From contig JBDRZY010000001.1 in NCBI GenBank assembly GCA_039804205.1, positions 222,198-286,197 of the forward strand: DNA of 64,000 nucleotides, read 5' to 3'. The DNA comes from a candidate division WOR-3 bacterium (GTDB lineage Bacteria > Hydrothermota > 32-111). The notes below the pieces were generated by a model. The model was not told the DNA's origin. It ran no database searches and saw nothing but the letters and a program-made list of their open reading frames with translations. Shown one piece after another: positions 29,447-39,400 of the stretch. A program made the translations under genes and the position numbers. Positions within the stretch are counted from its first letter, which is position 1. Each line of letters starts with the position of its first letter.

Positions 29447-31333
29447 ATGAAAAAATGTATTATATTCATTTTTATCTTTTTCTCCCTGGTGAAAATATTT
29501 TCATCCCATATATATGTTTATGACAAAAATAGTGGTGAAAAAATATATTATGTCACAGTTTTTTCTGACGGTAAACTTTATCAAACAAAAACTCCGTTTG
29601 AAATAGAAAAAGGAAAAGAGATAACAGTTTCTTCTTTAGGATACAAATCTTTAACATTTAAAGTTCTTGAAGAAACTTTAAGGGTATATCTTGAAATCGA
29701 ACCTTTTACCTATAAACCGCTTATAGTTGAAAAAGAAAAGATAAAAGGTGAAGTTTTAAAATTGGAGACGGGAAACAAAAATCCGGTTTCGATTATAAAA
29801 AAAATTCCCTCTATAACTTTAAGAGAGTATAATAGAAACTATGTGATTTCTGTGGATGGACTTTTAAATGAAGATAATCAGATTTGTATTGATGGTGTTC
29901 CAATCGTTAACCAGCAGTCAAGAACAGTTCCAGTAAACCTTTTACCAAAAAATCTTTTTTCATCAATTGGTTTTTATAAGAATGGTATATCACATTTTTA
30001 TGGTGAAAACATTTTTTCCTCTGGAATAAATTTTGAAATAGAGAAACTTGACAGATCGAAAGTGAATATAAATATTGATGACAAAAAGTCTTATGATCTT
30101 GATCTAACATTATCGTTCAAAGGTTTTAAATTAGGAAACGAGACTTTTGATAGAAATGATATGGTTATACCAGGAAGAGAAAAAATTTTAAACTCATATC
30201 AAAAGGGATATTTGAATTATTTTTATTTTAATAATGGTTTTTTCTCAACTTTAATGATCGATGGTAGAGTCAAAACAGGTGATCCTGGAATTTTAGGGCA
30301 TAGATTTTTTAACTCAACGATTTATGAGAAGAGTAGAATTATAAATTTTAAATTTTTAACTGCAAAAAACCTGGAAATTCTCTATTCACATAATCTATAC
30401 ACCTATGTTTACGACAATAAAGATCTGGTAATCTATGACACTTCAAAAACATGTTCTGATAATATAATTCTGAATTATAACGATCTGCAAAACCGTTTTG
30501 GAATCTTTTTTCAAAAAAACTGGATAGTATCAACTAAAGTTTTATTTTTGAATGAATTTTTTTATGGGATCTTTTCAAATTTTGATGTAAAATCTTTTGA
30601 AATTTCAAATTCTTTTTCAATCTCATCCACATTGAAAAATGATAAGTTTAAGAACGATTTTGTGTACACTTTCTCAATTTTAAAAGTTTTCAATTTTGAT
30701 GAATATCTTGTAACACACTCCATCAAAATCTCAACCAGAAGACCAACTTTCAATGAACTTTACTGGACAGGAGATATTTTTACTAGTGGGAACGAAAAAC
30801 TTGTAAACGAAAAACTTTATTCATATTATCTTGCTTTTTCAAAAGAAAATAAGAAATTTTTTGGTGGATTCAATTTTTACAAAGACCTTATAAGATGGAT
30901 CAACATAAATGGTGTTTATACTCCCGAAAATATTTTAAAAACTTATAACCCTTACATAGGTCTTCAATACAACAAGAATATATTGAATTTTAACAACTCT
31001 CTTGTATTCACCATATCACCGATGTATCTAGATAGGTTCAGGATGCTTTTATACACATCTTTTGTAAACCTGAACTATTCTTTAAGTTACGAGTTTAAAA
31101 ATTTAATTTTTTATCTTTATTTTGAGTATCGATCGAAGAGATTTTTAAACAATGAAAACACGAAATACTTACCACCATATTTCTGTTTGGATGAAGTGAG
31201 TTTGGATTATAGATTGAAGAGTTTGTCTATTACACTTTCGATCGATAATCCGTTCGATTTGAAAATTGAAAGTGTGAGAGGTTATATAAAAGAAGGAAGA
31301 AAATTCTCTTTAAACCTAAAAATGGAGGTATGA
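29447..31333 (+). CDS. TonB-dependent outer-membrane receptor (SusC/BtuB-like; N-terminal CarboxypepD_reg-like domain + plug + short barrel)
   Basis: Signal peptide. CarboxypepD_reg-like segment (KEITVSSLGYKSLTFKV). Plug motif ISVDGLL...ICIDGVPIVN...NIFSSGINFEIEK. Tyr/Asn-rich beta-barrel. Under B12 riboswitch control. Confidence 0.7.
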   Translation: MKKCIIFIFIFFSLVKIFSSHIYVYDKNSGEKIYYVTVFSDGKLYQTKTPFEIEKGKEITVSSLGYKSLTFKVLEETLRVYLEIEPFTYKPLIVEKEKIKGEVLKLETGNKNPVSIIKKIPSITLREYNRNYVISVDGLLNEDNQICIDGVPIVNQQSRTVPVNLLPKNLFSSIGFYKNGISHFYGENIFSSGINFEIEKLDRSKVNINIDDKKSYDLDLTLSFKGFKLGNETFDRNDMVIPGREKILNSYQKGYLNYFYFNNGFFSTLMIDGRVKTGDPGILGHRFFNSTIYEKSRIINFKFLTAKNLEILYSHNLYTYVYDNKDLVIYDTSKTCSDNIILNYNDLQNRFGIFFQKNWIVSTKVLFLNEFFYGIFSNFDVKSFEISNSFSISSTLKNDKFKNDFVYTFSILKVFNFDEYLVTHSIKISTRRPTFNELYWTGDIFTSGNEKLVNEKLYSYYLAFSKENKKFFGGFNFYKDLIRWININGVYTPENILKTYNPYIGLQYNKNILNFNNSLVFTISPMYLDRFRMLLYTSFVNLNYSLSYEFKNLIFYLYFEYRSKRFLNNENTKYLPPYFCLDEVSLDYRLKSLSITLSIDNPFDLKIESVRGYIKEGRKFSLNLKMEV

Positions 31334-32286
31334 TGAAAAAATTTTTTGTTATTCTGTCCGTTTCATTGATTCTGCTGTTAAACATTTCCTGTACTCTTTT
31401 TAAAACTGAGAAGATGGAAAGTTCAATCTACATTCTTGATTGGGAAAAGGAAGCGGTTTACACTATAGATTCTCTATTCCAGATTGGAACAACTCCTCTT
31501 TTGATAACAGGTTCAGCACCTACAGATGTATATGTTGACGATGGAAATATTTACATTACAAATTCAGGTTTTGGAGGGATACCAACGATCGAAAAGTTTG
31601 ATCTCTCTGGAAATAAAATTGCGCAGATAGAGAGGGGAGAATTGAGTTCTCCTGCATATATTGAAGGTAATCAGGATTATATTTTTGTTACAGATTGGCT
31701 TTCGAATTCTATTTTAAAGATAGAAAAGAAAAATTTTTCAATAGTAGATTCATTGTCAGTTACAGCACCACAGGAGGTTGTTTACAGGGATGGATTTTTA
31801 TATGTAGGATCAAACAATACATCTTTAAATGGACATATATATAAAATATCTGAAGATTTTAAAAATCTTGAAACAGATCTTGCAAAAGGTTCAAATCCAT
31901 CCTATCTTGATCTTGATGAAAACAATCAAATCTATGTTTCTCTTGTTGGTAACTATAACGACATAAAGGGTAAAATAAAGAAGGTAAAAGATGGTGTTGA
32001 TGTTGATTCTTTAGGATTCGATAATTTTCTTGGAAAAGTTAAGGTTGTTGAAGATAAAATTTTTATAACAGATATCTACAATAAATTGTATATACTCGAT
32101 TCAGATTTGAATCTCATAAAAACTATTGAAATTCCATCACCTTCAGATATTGAATATTTTAAAGGAAAAGTGGTTGTTTCAACAAATGTTGGAAAATTAT
32201 ATCTTATAGATTTTTCAGAACTTACATTGGTTGATTCTTTGAGTTATGAAATACCCCTAAAGGTTGCTGAAATGTTTGTAAAATAA
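31330..32286 (+). CDS. surface lipoprotein with YVTN-type beta-propeller repeats (candidate B12-capture accessory, BtuG-like by context)
   Basis: Lipobox LLNISC. Repeated ~40-aa blades (DVYVDDGNIYITNSG, QDYIFVTDWLSNSI, DGFLYVGSNN, NQIYVSLVGN, DKIFITDIYN, KGKVVVSTNVGKLYLID). Translationally coupled (ATGA) to the TBDT. Confidence 0.55.
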   Translation: MMKKFFVILSVSLILLLNISCTLFKTEKMESSIYILDWEKEAVYTIDSLFQIGTTPLLITGSAPTDVYVDDGNIYITNSGFGGIPTIEKFDLSGNKIAQIERGELSSPAYIEGNQDYIFVTDWLSNSILKIEKKNFSIVDSLSVTAPQEVVYRDGFLYVGSNNTSLNGHIYKISEDFKNLETDLAKGSNPSYLDLDENNQIYVSLVGNYNDIKGKIKKVKDGVDVDSLGFDNFLGKVKVVEDKIFITDIYNKLYILDSDLNLIKTIEIPSPSDIEYFKGKVVVSTNVGKLYLIDFSELTLVDSLSYEIPLKVAEMFVK

Positions 32287-32337
32287 TTAAAACCTTAAGT
32301 TCTGTTATTTTTCAACATATTGTATTTTACAAAATGT

Positions 32338-32391
32338 GACCCCACTATATTTTGTGGGGTCTATTGACATTTTTGAAGTGAGTGATAATAT
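32338..32391 (+). promoter_or_regulatory. 8-bp perfect inverted repeat (GACCCCAC-N8-GTGGGGTC) abutting a TTGACA-16nt-TAATAT promoter upstream of nrdD
   Basis: IR at 32338-32361. -35 at 32364-32369 and -10 at 32386-32391. GGAGG SD at 32406-32410. Confidence 0.4.
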
Positions 32392-32403
32392 TTTTTGAAA
32401 AAA

Positions 32404-34527
32404 ATGGAGGAATGGGTGACCAAGGTTGAATACATAAGAAAAAGAGATGGTAGGCTGGAAAAGTTTGACGAGAACAAGATAACCGAAGCGATTTTTAAGG
32501 CGGTAAAAGCTGTTGGTGGAACAGATATTGAGCCAGCAAAAAAGATAACGAATCAGATAGTTGCTGTTCTTGAAGTTCTGTATAAAGATGGAAGGATCCC
32601 AACAGTAGAAAACGTGCAGGATCTTGTTGAAAAGATGCTTATCGAAGCAGGACATGCAAAAACAGCAAAAGCGTATATACTTTACAGAGAGCAACATAAC
32701 CAGATAAGAAAGAGTAAAGAGTTGATAAAAGATAGTATCGATTTGATGGATGAGTATATTGAAAAGATCGACTGGAGAGTTAACGAGAATTCAAATATGT
32801 CATATTCTTTACAGGGGCTTAACAACCATATCTCTTCAACAATTTCAGCTTTATACTGGCTTGAAAAAATTTATCCCAAAGAGGTTGCAAATGCACACAG
32901 AGAGGGAGATCTCCATATACATGACCTTGGCATGCTTTCCGTTTACTGTTGTGGATGGGATCTTGAACTACTACTGCTTAAAGGGTTAGGAGGTGTTTCA
33001 GGGAAAATAGAATCAAAACCAGCAAAACATTTCAGAACCGCCCTTGGACAGATAGTTAACTTTTTCTATACATTACAGGGAGAGGCAGCTGGAGCACAGG
33101 CATTTTCGAATTTTGATACCTATCTTGCTCCATTCATAAGGTATGATGAACTCACATATGAAGAGGTTAAACAGGCGATGCAGGAGTTTGTTTTCAATGT
33201 TAACGTTCCGACGAGAGTTGGATTTCAGACTCCTTTCACAAATGTAACCATGGATCTTGTGTGTCCAGACACTCTAAAAGATGAGAGAGTGATCATCGGT
33301 GGAAAAAGGATGAATGAAACTTACAAGGAATTTCAACAAGAGATGGACATGTTTAACAAAGCGTTTGCTGAAGTTATGATGGAAGGAGACGCAAAGGGGA
33401 GAATTTTTACATTCCCAATTCCAACATACAACATCACAAAAAATTTTGATTGGGACAATCCCAATCTCGAAAAAATATGGGAAATGACAGCAAAATATGG
33501 TATACCATATTTCAGTAATTTTATAAATTCTGATATGGATCCTTCAGATGCAAGGAGTATGTGTTGTAGATTGAGATTGGATAACAGAGAGTTGAAAAGA
33601 AGGAGTGAAAAGATCCAGTTGAATCTACTTTCGAACAGAGATTCTATCCAGGAACATAAACAGGAAAAACATCCAAAAAGAAGTGGTGGACTTTTTGGTG
33701 CAAATCCGATGACTGGTTCTGTTGGGGTCGTAACGATAAACATCCCAAGGATAGCTTACAATAGCAAAAGTAAATCTGACTTTTTCTCAAAACTTGAAAA
33801 GATGATGGAAATAGCAAAAGAATCTCTTGAAATAAAAAGAAAAGTTCTTGAAAAGTTCACAGAGGATAATCTTTATCCATATTCTAAAGTTTACCTTGAG
33901 GAAGTAAAAAAAGCGAATGGTAAATACTGGGCGAACCATTTTTCTACTATAGGACTTGTTGGAATGAACGAGGCGTGTTTAATGCTTGTAGGAGAAAATA
34001 TTGGTCAAAGTAAAGGAAAGGAGTTTGCATTAGAAACTTTAAAATTTATGAGGGAAAAACTTGAAAATTTCACAGATGAAACTGGAAACCTGTATAACCT
34101 TGAAGCATCCCCAGCTGAGGGAACATCATACAGACTTGCAAAAGAGGACAGAAAACGTTTCCCAGATATCATAACAGCAGGAAAAGATGTTCCATATTAT
34201 ACGAACTCCACACAACTTCCAGTTGGTTTTACAGACGATCTTTTTGAAGCGTTAAAATTGCAGGATGAACTTCAATGTCAGTATACTGGAGGGACAGTTT
34301 TGCATGGTTTTATAGGTGAAAGAATATATTCTTCAAACGCTTGTAAAAAACTTGTGAAAAAAATAGCAGAGAATTTCCATCTGCCATATTTTACGATTAC
34401 CCCTACATTTTCAATATGTCCTGTTCATGGATATATCCCGGGAGAACATAACTATTGTCCTTATGATCATACAACTGAAGAACTTGAAAAATTCGGTGTT
34501 GAAATATATGTTGAAAAAGGAGAGTAA
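32404..34527 (+). CDS. nrdD: anaerobic ribonucleoside-triphosphate reductase (class III RNR) large polypeptide: ATP-cone + catalytic barrel + C-terminal metal-binding segment, ending at an in-frame TAA before the glycyl-radical segment
   Basis: N-terminal ATP-cone (VTKVEYIRKRDGRLEKFDENKI). Conserved NrdD core (GGVSGKIESKPAKHF, MCCRLRLD, NLEASPAEGTSYRLA). C-terminal CPVHG...CPYDH site. True start is likely GTG 32416 or ATG 32404, after a GGAGG SD. The track start is TTG 32395. Confidence 0.85.
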   Translation: MEEWVTKVEYIRKRDGRLEKFDENKITEAIFKAVKAVGGTDIEPAKKITNQIVAVLEVLYKDGRIPTVENVQDLVEKMLIEAGHAKTAKAYILYREQHNQIRKSKELIKDSIDLMDEYIEKIDWRVNENSNMSYSLQGLNNHISSTISALYWLEKIYPKEVANAHREGDLHIHDLGMLSVYCCGWDLELLLLKGLGGVSGKIESKPAKHFRTALGQIVNFFYTLQGEAAGAQAFSNFDTYLAPFIRYDELTYEEVKQAMQEFVFNVNVPTRVGFQTPFTNVTMDLVCPDTLKDERVIIGGKRMNETYKEFQQEMDMFNKAFAEVMMEGDAKGRIFTFPIPTYNITKNFDWDNPNLEKIWEMTAKYGIPYFSNFINSDMDPSDARSMCCRLRLDNRELKRRSEKIQLNLLSNRDSIQEHKQEKHPKRSGGLFGANPMTGSVGVVTINIPRIAYNSKSKSDFFSKLEKMMEIAKESLEIKRKVLEKFTEDNLYPYSKVYLEEVKKANGKYWANHFSTIGLVGMNEACLMLVGENIGQSKGKEFALETLKFMREKLENFTDETGNLYNLEASPAEGTSYRLAKEDRKRFPDIITAGKDVPYYTNSTQLPVGFTDDLFEALKLQDELQCQYTGGTVLHGFIGERIYSSNACKKLVKKIAENFHLPYFTITPTFSICPVHGYIPGEHNYCPYDHTTEELEKFGVEIYVEKGE

Positions 34528-34695
34528 ATGGAAGAGGTAAAAGTTGTGTTAAAAGGTGAAGAAAAAGATGTTAAAAAAGTGAAAGTGATTCCAACAGAGA
34601 TTTACAGCAGAATAGTTGGTTATTTTAGACCTGTTAACAACTGGAACGAAGGCAAAAGGGAAGAGTTTAAGGAAAGAAGAGAGTTCAAACTTTAA
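34528..34695 (+). CDS. 55-codon mini-ORF encoding the NrdD glycyl-radical segment (RIVGYFRPVNNWNEGKREEF), in the same frame as nrdD directly after its TAA stop
   Basis: ATG follows the TAA immediately (TAAATG). Translation MEEVKVVLKGEEKDVKKVKVIPTEIYSRIVGYFRPVNNWNEGKREEFKERREFKL contains the canonical NrdD C-terminal glycyl radical motif. Confidence 0.6.
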   Translation: MEEVKVVLKGEEKDVKKVKVIPTEIYSRIVGYFRPVNNWNEGKREEFKERREFKL

Positions 34696-34708
34696 TAATT
34701 CCTTTTAA

Positions 34709-35410
34709 ATGGTCACTGTAAAAGGTTTTCAAGGGATAACAACACTCGATTTCCCTGAGAAAGTTTCATCCACAATTTTTCTGGCTGGATGTAACTTCAG
34801 GTGTCCATTCTGTCATAATCCTGAACTTGTAAAAGATTTTGATATCATACAAACGATAGATGAAAATAAACTGTTTTCCCTTCTTGGTGAAAGAAAAAAT
34901 TTTATTGAAGGTGTCTGCATTACAGGTGGTGAACCCTTAATGAGTGAAGATGTTGTTGATTTCATAAAAAAGTTGAAAGAAAGATTTGAACTTCCGATAA
35001 AGGTTGATACAAATGGGTACACCCCGAAAATTCTTGAGAAAATTTTAACAGCAAACCTTGTTGATTATGTTGCTATGGATATAAAAACATCTCCTTCAAA
35101 ATATATAATTGCTTCTGGAATAAACCTTGACTTTGATAGGATAAAAAATTCTGTTGAAATCTTATTGAATTCAAAAATCGATTATGAATTCAGAACTACA
35201 ATGGTTCCTCAACTCGTTACACTCGAAGATATAAGGGAGATCGGAGTTTTGATAACAGGTGCAAAAAAATATGTGATCCAACAGTATAGAAACATTAAAA
35301 CTTTAAACGAAGAATTTAAAACGGTTAAACCTTATAAACCAGAAGAGTTAAAAAAAGCAAGGGATATAATGACACAGTTTGTTAACGATGTTTCAATAGT
35401 TGGAATTTAA
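34709..35410 (+). CDS. nrdG: anaerobic ribonucleotide reductase activating protein (radical SAM)
   Basis: CNFRCPFCHN radical-SAM cluster motif near the N-terminus. 233 aa, immediately downstream of nrdD. Confidence 0.85.
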   Translation: MVTVKGFQGITTLDFPEKVSSTIFLAGCNFRCPFCHNPELVKDFDIIQTIDENKLFSLLGERKNFIEGVCITGGEPLMSEDVVDFIKKLKERFELPIKVDTNGYTPKILEKILTANLVDYVAMDIKTSPSKYIIASGINLDFDRIKNSVEILLNSKIDYEFRTTMVPQLVTLEDIREIGVLITGAKKYVIQQYRNIKTLNEEFKTVKPYKPEELKKARDIMTQFVNDVSIVGI

Positions 35411-36447
35411 CTTCGGTTTTTTATAATATTATAAAGATATTCCTTTTTTAACATAATTCTAAAAAGTTTTTCATCAAGATCCTTTTTTTGGATCTCTCCA
35501 TTCGAAATCCAGAAAGAAAGAGAATCTACCATATATTCAAAAAGTGTATCGTTCATCAGAATAAACATATCAACCCCACTTTTAAAAGATTCTTTTAAAA
35601 CTAAAAATGGATTTTTGTTTGATTTTGATGCTATATCATCGGCAATTATAACAATATCTTTATTCTTATCTCTAACGAGTTTTACGATTTTCTGTGATCT
35701 TATAGCGGGAAAAGTGTCAAGAAAAGGGTAAACTATGTTTGAAAGCATCACAAATGAAACCCTATCAAAAAAATGGTAAAACAGATTTATATTTTTCTCG
35801 AATAGTTCTTTATCGCCTTTAAATTTTGGTATAACAACATCCGAATTGTCGAAAGTTTCACCATAACCAGGAAAATGTTTTATACAGTTTAATATTTTCA
35901 TACTTTTATGAAGAGAGATGTATAGTTCAACAAAATCCTTTATGGAATCAACATTTGATACAATAGTTCTGTCGGTTCTTCTCATCATCGAATTTTGTTG
36001 ATATGATAGATCAAGAACAGGTGAGAGGTTTAAATTTATACCCAATCTTTTTTGGTTTAAAACCATATTTTTTAAAATTTTTTCTTTTCTTTCATAATCA
36101 TGAAAGATCGAATTCAAAGATGGAGTTTTTTCAATGAATGATAATCTGTCAACCTTTCCACCTTCCTGATCGATACAGATAAAAGGAGGGACTTTAAAGT
36201 TTTTTGTTAAAGAATCAACGGGAATTTTTTTATAGTATATCCTTTTTAAAAAGTTTCTTGATGGAATGATTCCACCAGGTGTATTTTCTGTGAAGTTAAG
36301 ATCGTTTCTATAAACTATGAAAAGCTGGGAAACCTTTTGCTGTAATGTCAGTGTATCATAATAAAGCACAAGATCACTTTTTTTAATAATGTAACCGGAT
36401 AGATTTTCACACAAAAGTAAAAGGATTGTTAAAATGATTATATGCAT
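35407..36447 (-). CDS. nagZ: glycoside hydrolase family 3 beta-N-acetylhexosaminidase (NagZ-like)
   Basis: PFICIDQEGGKVDRL and KHFPGYGE motifs of the GH3 N-terminal domain. Signal peptide present. Confidence 0.7.
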   Translation of the reverse strand: MHIIILTILLLLCENLSGYIIKKSDLVLYYDTLTLQQKVSQLFIVYRNDLNFTENTPGGIIPSRNFLKRIYYKKIPVDSLTKNFKVPPFICIDQEGGKVDRLSFIEKTPSLNSIFHDYERKEKILKNMVLNQKRLGINLNLSPVLDLSYQQNSMMRRTDRTIVSNVDSIKDFVELYISLHKSMKILNCIKHFPGYGETFDNSDVVIPKFKGDKELFEKNINLFYHFFDRVSFVMLSNIVYPFLDTFPAIRSQKIVKLVRDKNKDIVIIADDIASKSNKNPFLVLKESFKSGVDMFILMNDTLFEYMVDSLSFWISNGEIQKKDLDEKLFRIMLKKEYLYNIIKNRS

Positions 36448-36484
36448 AAAAGAAATTATAAAAATCGTTCAAGATAAAGTCAAA

Positions 36485-39400
36485 CTATTTTTTTATCATT
36501 AATATCTTTTTATTTTCGCTAAAATAGATATCAAAATTTTTTACATCATGTTTAAAAACTTTTCTCCCTGTTCTGTCAAAATAGATTTTTTTATCTTCAT
36601 TTTTGAATTTTTCTTTTGTTTTTACTTCTTTAGTTTGATTGTATGGATTGTATTTTAAAAATAGAGGATATTCAGAAAATCCTGTTGATAAAACTATTTT
36701 TGAGAAAAATGGCGGAGAATCTCTTTTGATAAAAATTTTTGCTATTTTTTTAGAGTAGGAATCTATAACACTTCCATTTTCAAATTTAATGGAATCTATA
36801 AAACTACTTAAAGAAATATAAAAGATTAACTGAGGGTTATCAACATTTGAATATATTTCAAAACTTTTATTTATTGAAATATCGATCGTTTCTTTGAAAG
36901 ATATCCCTTCATGAAAATCGAAAAGAAAAAGAGTGTAATAGTAGTATAGAATGTTTTGATCATGATATTTTAGATTTTTTAAAAGTGGAGATTGAGCGAT
37001 TCTGTTGTCTTTAAAAGAACCTAAAATTTTATTTTCAAAAGAAAGAACTGGATGATCGGTTATATAATAATCCATATAGTTTGTAGTGGTATCGTAAATA
37101 AGATCGATGCCTAAAGGTAAAATTGACAGGTTACTTCCTTTGTAAAGGTAATTTCCATCATACGACTCTTTTATGTTGAAAAATTCTTTAATCCTCTTAC
37201 CCTCTTTATCATATCCAAAAACATCGCCTCCTTCAACGATCATGGGAATATTTTTTGAGATCAGTTTTTCTATAAATTTTGATTCATCTGATGTTATATG
37301 GTATATTTTAGGATATACCCCATAGGAGAAAAAGTATGCTGAATAAAAAATAGATGAATCGATTCTGTTTGAAATGTTTAAAAAAATCTTCATCGAATCT
37401 TTCAAAAATGTTAAAAAGTTTGAATTTTGATAGGTGTTTACAGGATCAAAGAAGAATAGGGAAAATTTTTTGGTTGTTAAAATTATAAAATCAACAGTAT
37501 CTTTTATAAAACCGTTGGAGTATTCAATCTTTATATTGTTTGTATCATTAAAAAATGTGAAATGGTTCCATAGAATAACCTTTTCAAAAGGAGTTTTTAA
37601 CCAGAAAGTATCTTTTAAAACCTTATAACCGTTATGTAAGAATTTTATTTGAATACTTTCTGAAGGAAAATCGTTTAATTTTGATATCAGAATTCCAATT
37701 TGGTATTCTTGATTTTCATAAAAAATTATGGTCTCGTTTGATATTATGGAATCAACTATGATCCTGAATCTGTTTACAGGAAAGGTTAAGTAAAAAGTCA
37801 GCGAATCAACCTTTATATTTAAATCTAAACTTTTTGATCCTTTTATAGTCCTGACCGTTGTTGTATAATATTCTCCATCAAAAACTACACTATCCAATAT
37901 TTCACAACAGGTTGAGTTGATGTTTATATCGTGTTCATCGTTTTTGTTTAGTTTAAAAAAAATCTGTACGGGTTCTCCCTCCTCTATCCTATGATTGTTA
38001 TTTGATAGATTATCTGAAAAATAGAATGTATCTATAAAAATAGAATCCCCATCAAGATAGAATGAATCAAGAAACAGGATACCATTTTTATATGATGAAA
38101 TATAATAAAAAGATTTGGGTTTTAGATTAAAAAACCTGTAAAAGATTTTTGAGGGTTCAGAAAAATTAAAAGTATCAAGAATTTTTTCTTTTGAGAATAT
38201 ATTTATTTTGCATGGTTCTATAATATTTATCTCTAATAAGGAATCTGAAATATCAACTGAATTTGGTAAAGAGTAAGGTTTTATCGTAAAAGATTTTTTC
38301 ATACACAAAACCGGAACCCCAAAAACATTGTAAGAAAGTATCTGGGAAATGGAGTAATCGTTTATACCAGCATAATTCAAAAACGAAAAGACCAATTTTG
38401 TGTACAGATCAGAAAAGATCGATTCACTTTGAGTTTTTTCCAGTTTAAAACAGTTATCGTTAAAAAAATCGAAAAATTTATTCATCATGTAGTTGTTGAA
38501 CTGATAAAAAGTTTCAGATGAGGATGAAAAGGTTAAGATTGCATTGCACCTTGAACCAAAAAGTGATTCAGTAAAAGATCTTTCATAATTCGAATTTGCT
38601 TTATCAAAGTTACCAATAAGACATGAGAAGAAAAGAAAAAATCCGCTCTTTGGAAATTCCAGAGAGTTTATTTCATTTAAGGAAAAATCTGGAAGAACCG
38701 TTGAAATCGTGTTTCCATGTCCTCTGTATATAAAGATGAAATTGTTTATCTCCTGATGCAGAATGTTCAATTCAAAGATCCAGTTGTATTGAGGAAACAT
38801 CAAAGAGTCAGGTAATTTTTCATATGTGTAAGTGTATTTGGGAAAAAGGGAATTTGTTTCCCCATATATTTTCCCTTTTAATATTTTATTGATTAAATAG
38901 GGATATGTAAAATAGAGATAATCTTCGGTTGAGTCCTGATTATAATCATAGAAAGGGGAAGAAAAGATAAAATCAACAGTTGAATTATCAAAAAGAAAAT
39001 TCTTCAATTTTTCAACATAAATGTTCAATTGCTCCTGATTGGAAACAGGTATCCTTGAAATTGGTACAAAAATAGTATCGGTTAATGGATATGAAAGTAA
39101 AAGGTCTGACGAAAAATATTTTAAAGTGTAAGGGTTTAAACAGTACCTGTAAGGATTGATTCTGTTTTCATCACCGATAAGAATTATACAGCAGAGTTTT
39201 TCTGTGTTTTTAATTGAATCGATAAGTTGTTTTACAGAATTAAAAGATGTATCTTGATTTACAATATTTATGTATTGGTATCCCAAAGAGAGTAAAATAA
39301 AATTTAATCTTTCAGGAGATATATCTTTCTGATGAACTACAAGAACATTTTTTTCATAGTCGAAAATTAACTTTTTTGAAAAAGGAACGAATGGAACTTC

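Noticed and set aside
29447-31333. Doubt that the TBDT is genuine because it lacks a C-terminal Phe and is only 628 aa
   Set aside because: The plug-domain motifs (IDGVPI…, …FEIEK) and the CarboxypepD_reg-like N-domain are clear. Short barrels and a non-aromatic C-terminus occur in some families. The call is kept at moderate confidence.
32338-32361. Confident call of an NrdR box upstream of nrdD
   Set aside because: Only a single palindrome is present. NrdR sites usually come as two boxes ~30 bp apart, and presence of nrdR cannot be established from this window. It is kept as a generic operator/hairpin candidate.
34525-34527. Stop codon in nrdD as a recoded codon (selenocysteine or programmed readthrough)
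   Set aside because: The codon is TAA, not TGA. No SECIS-like hairpin is apparent. The immediately following ATG makes an independent initiation event the simpler reading.
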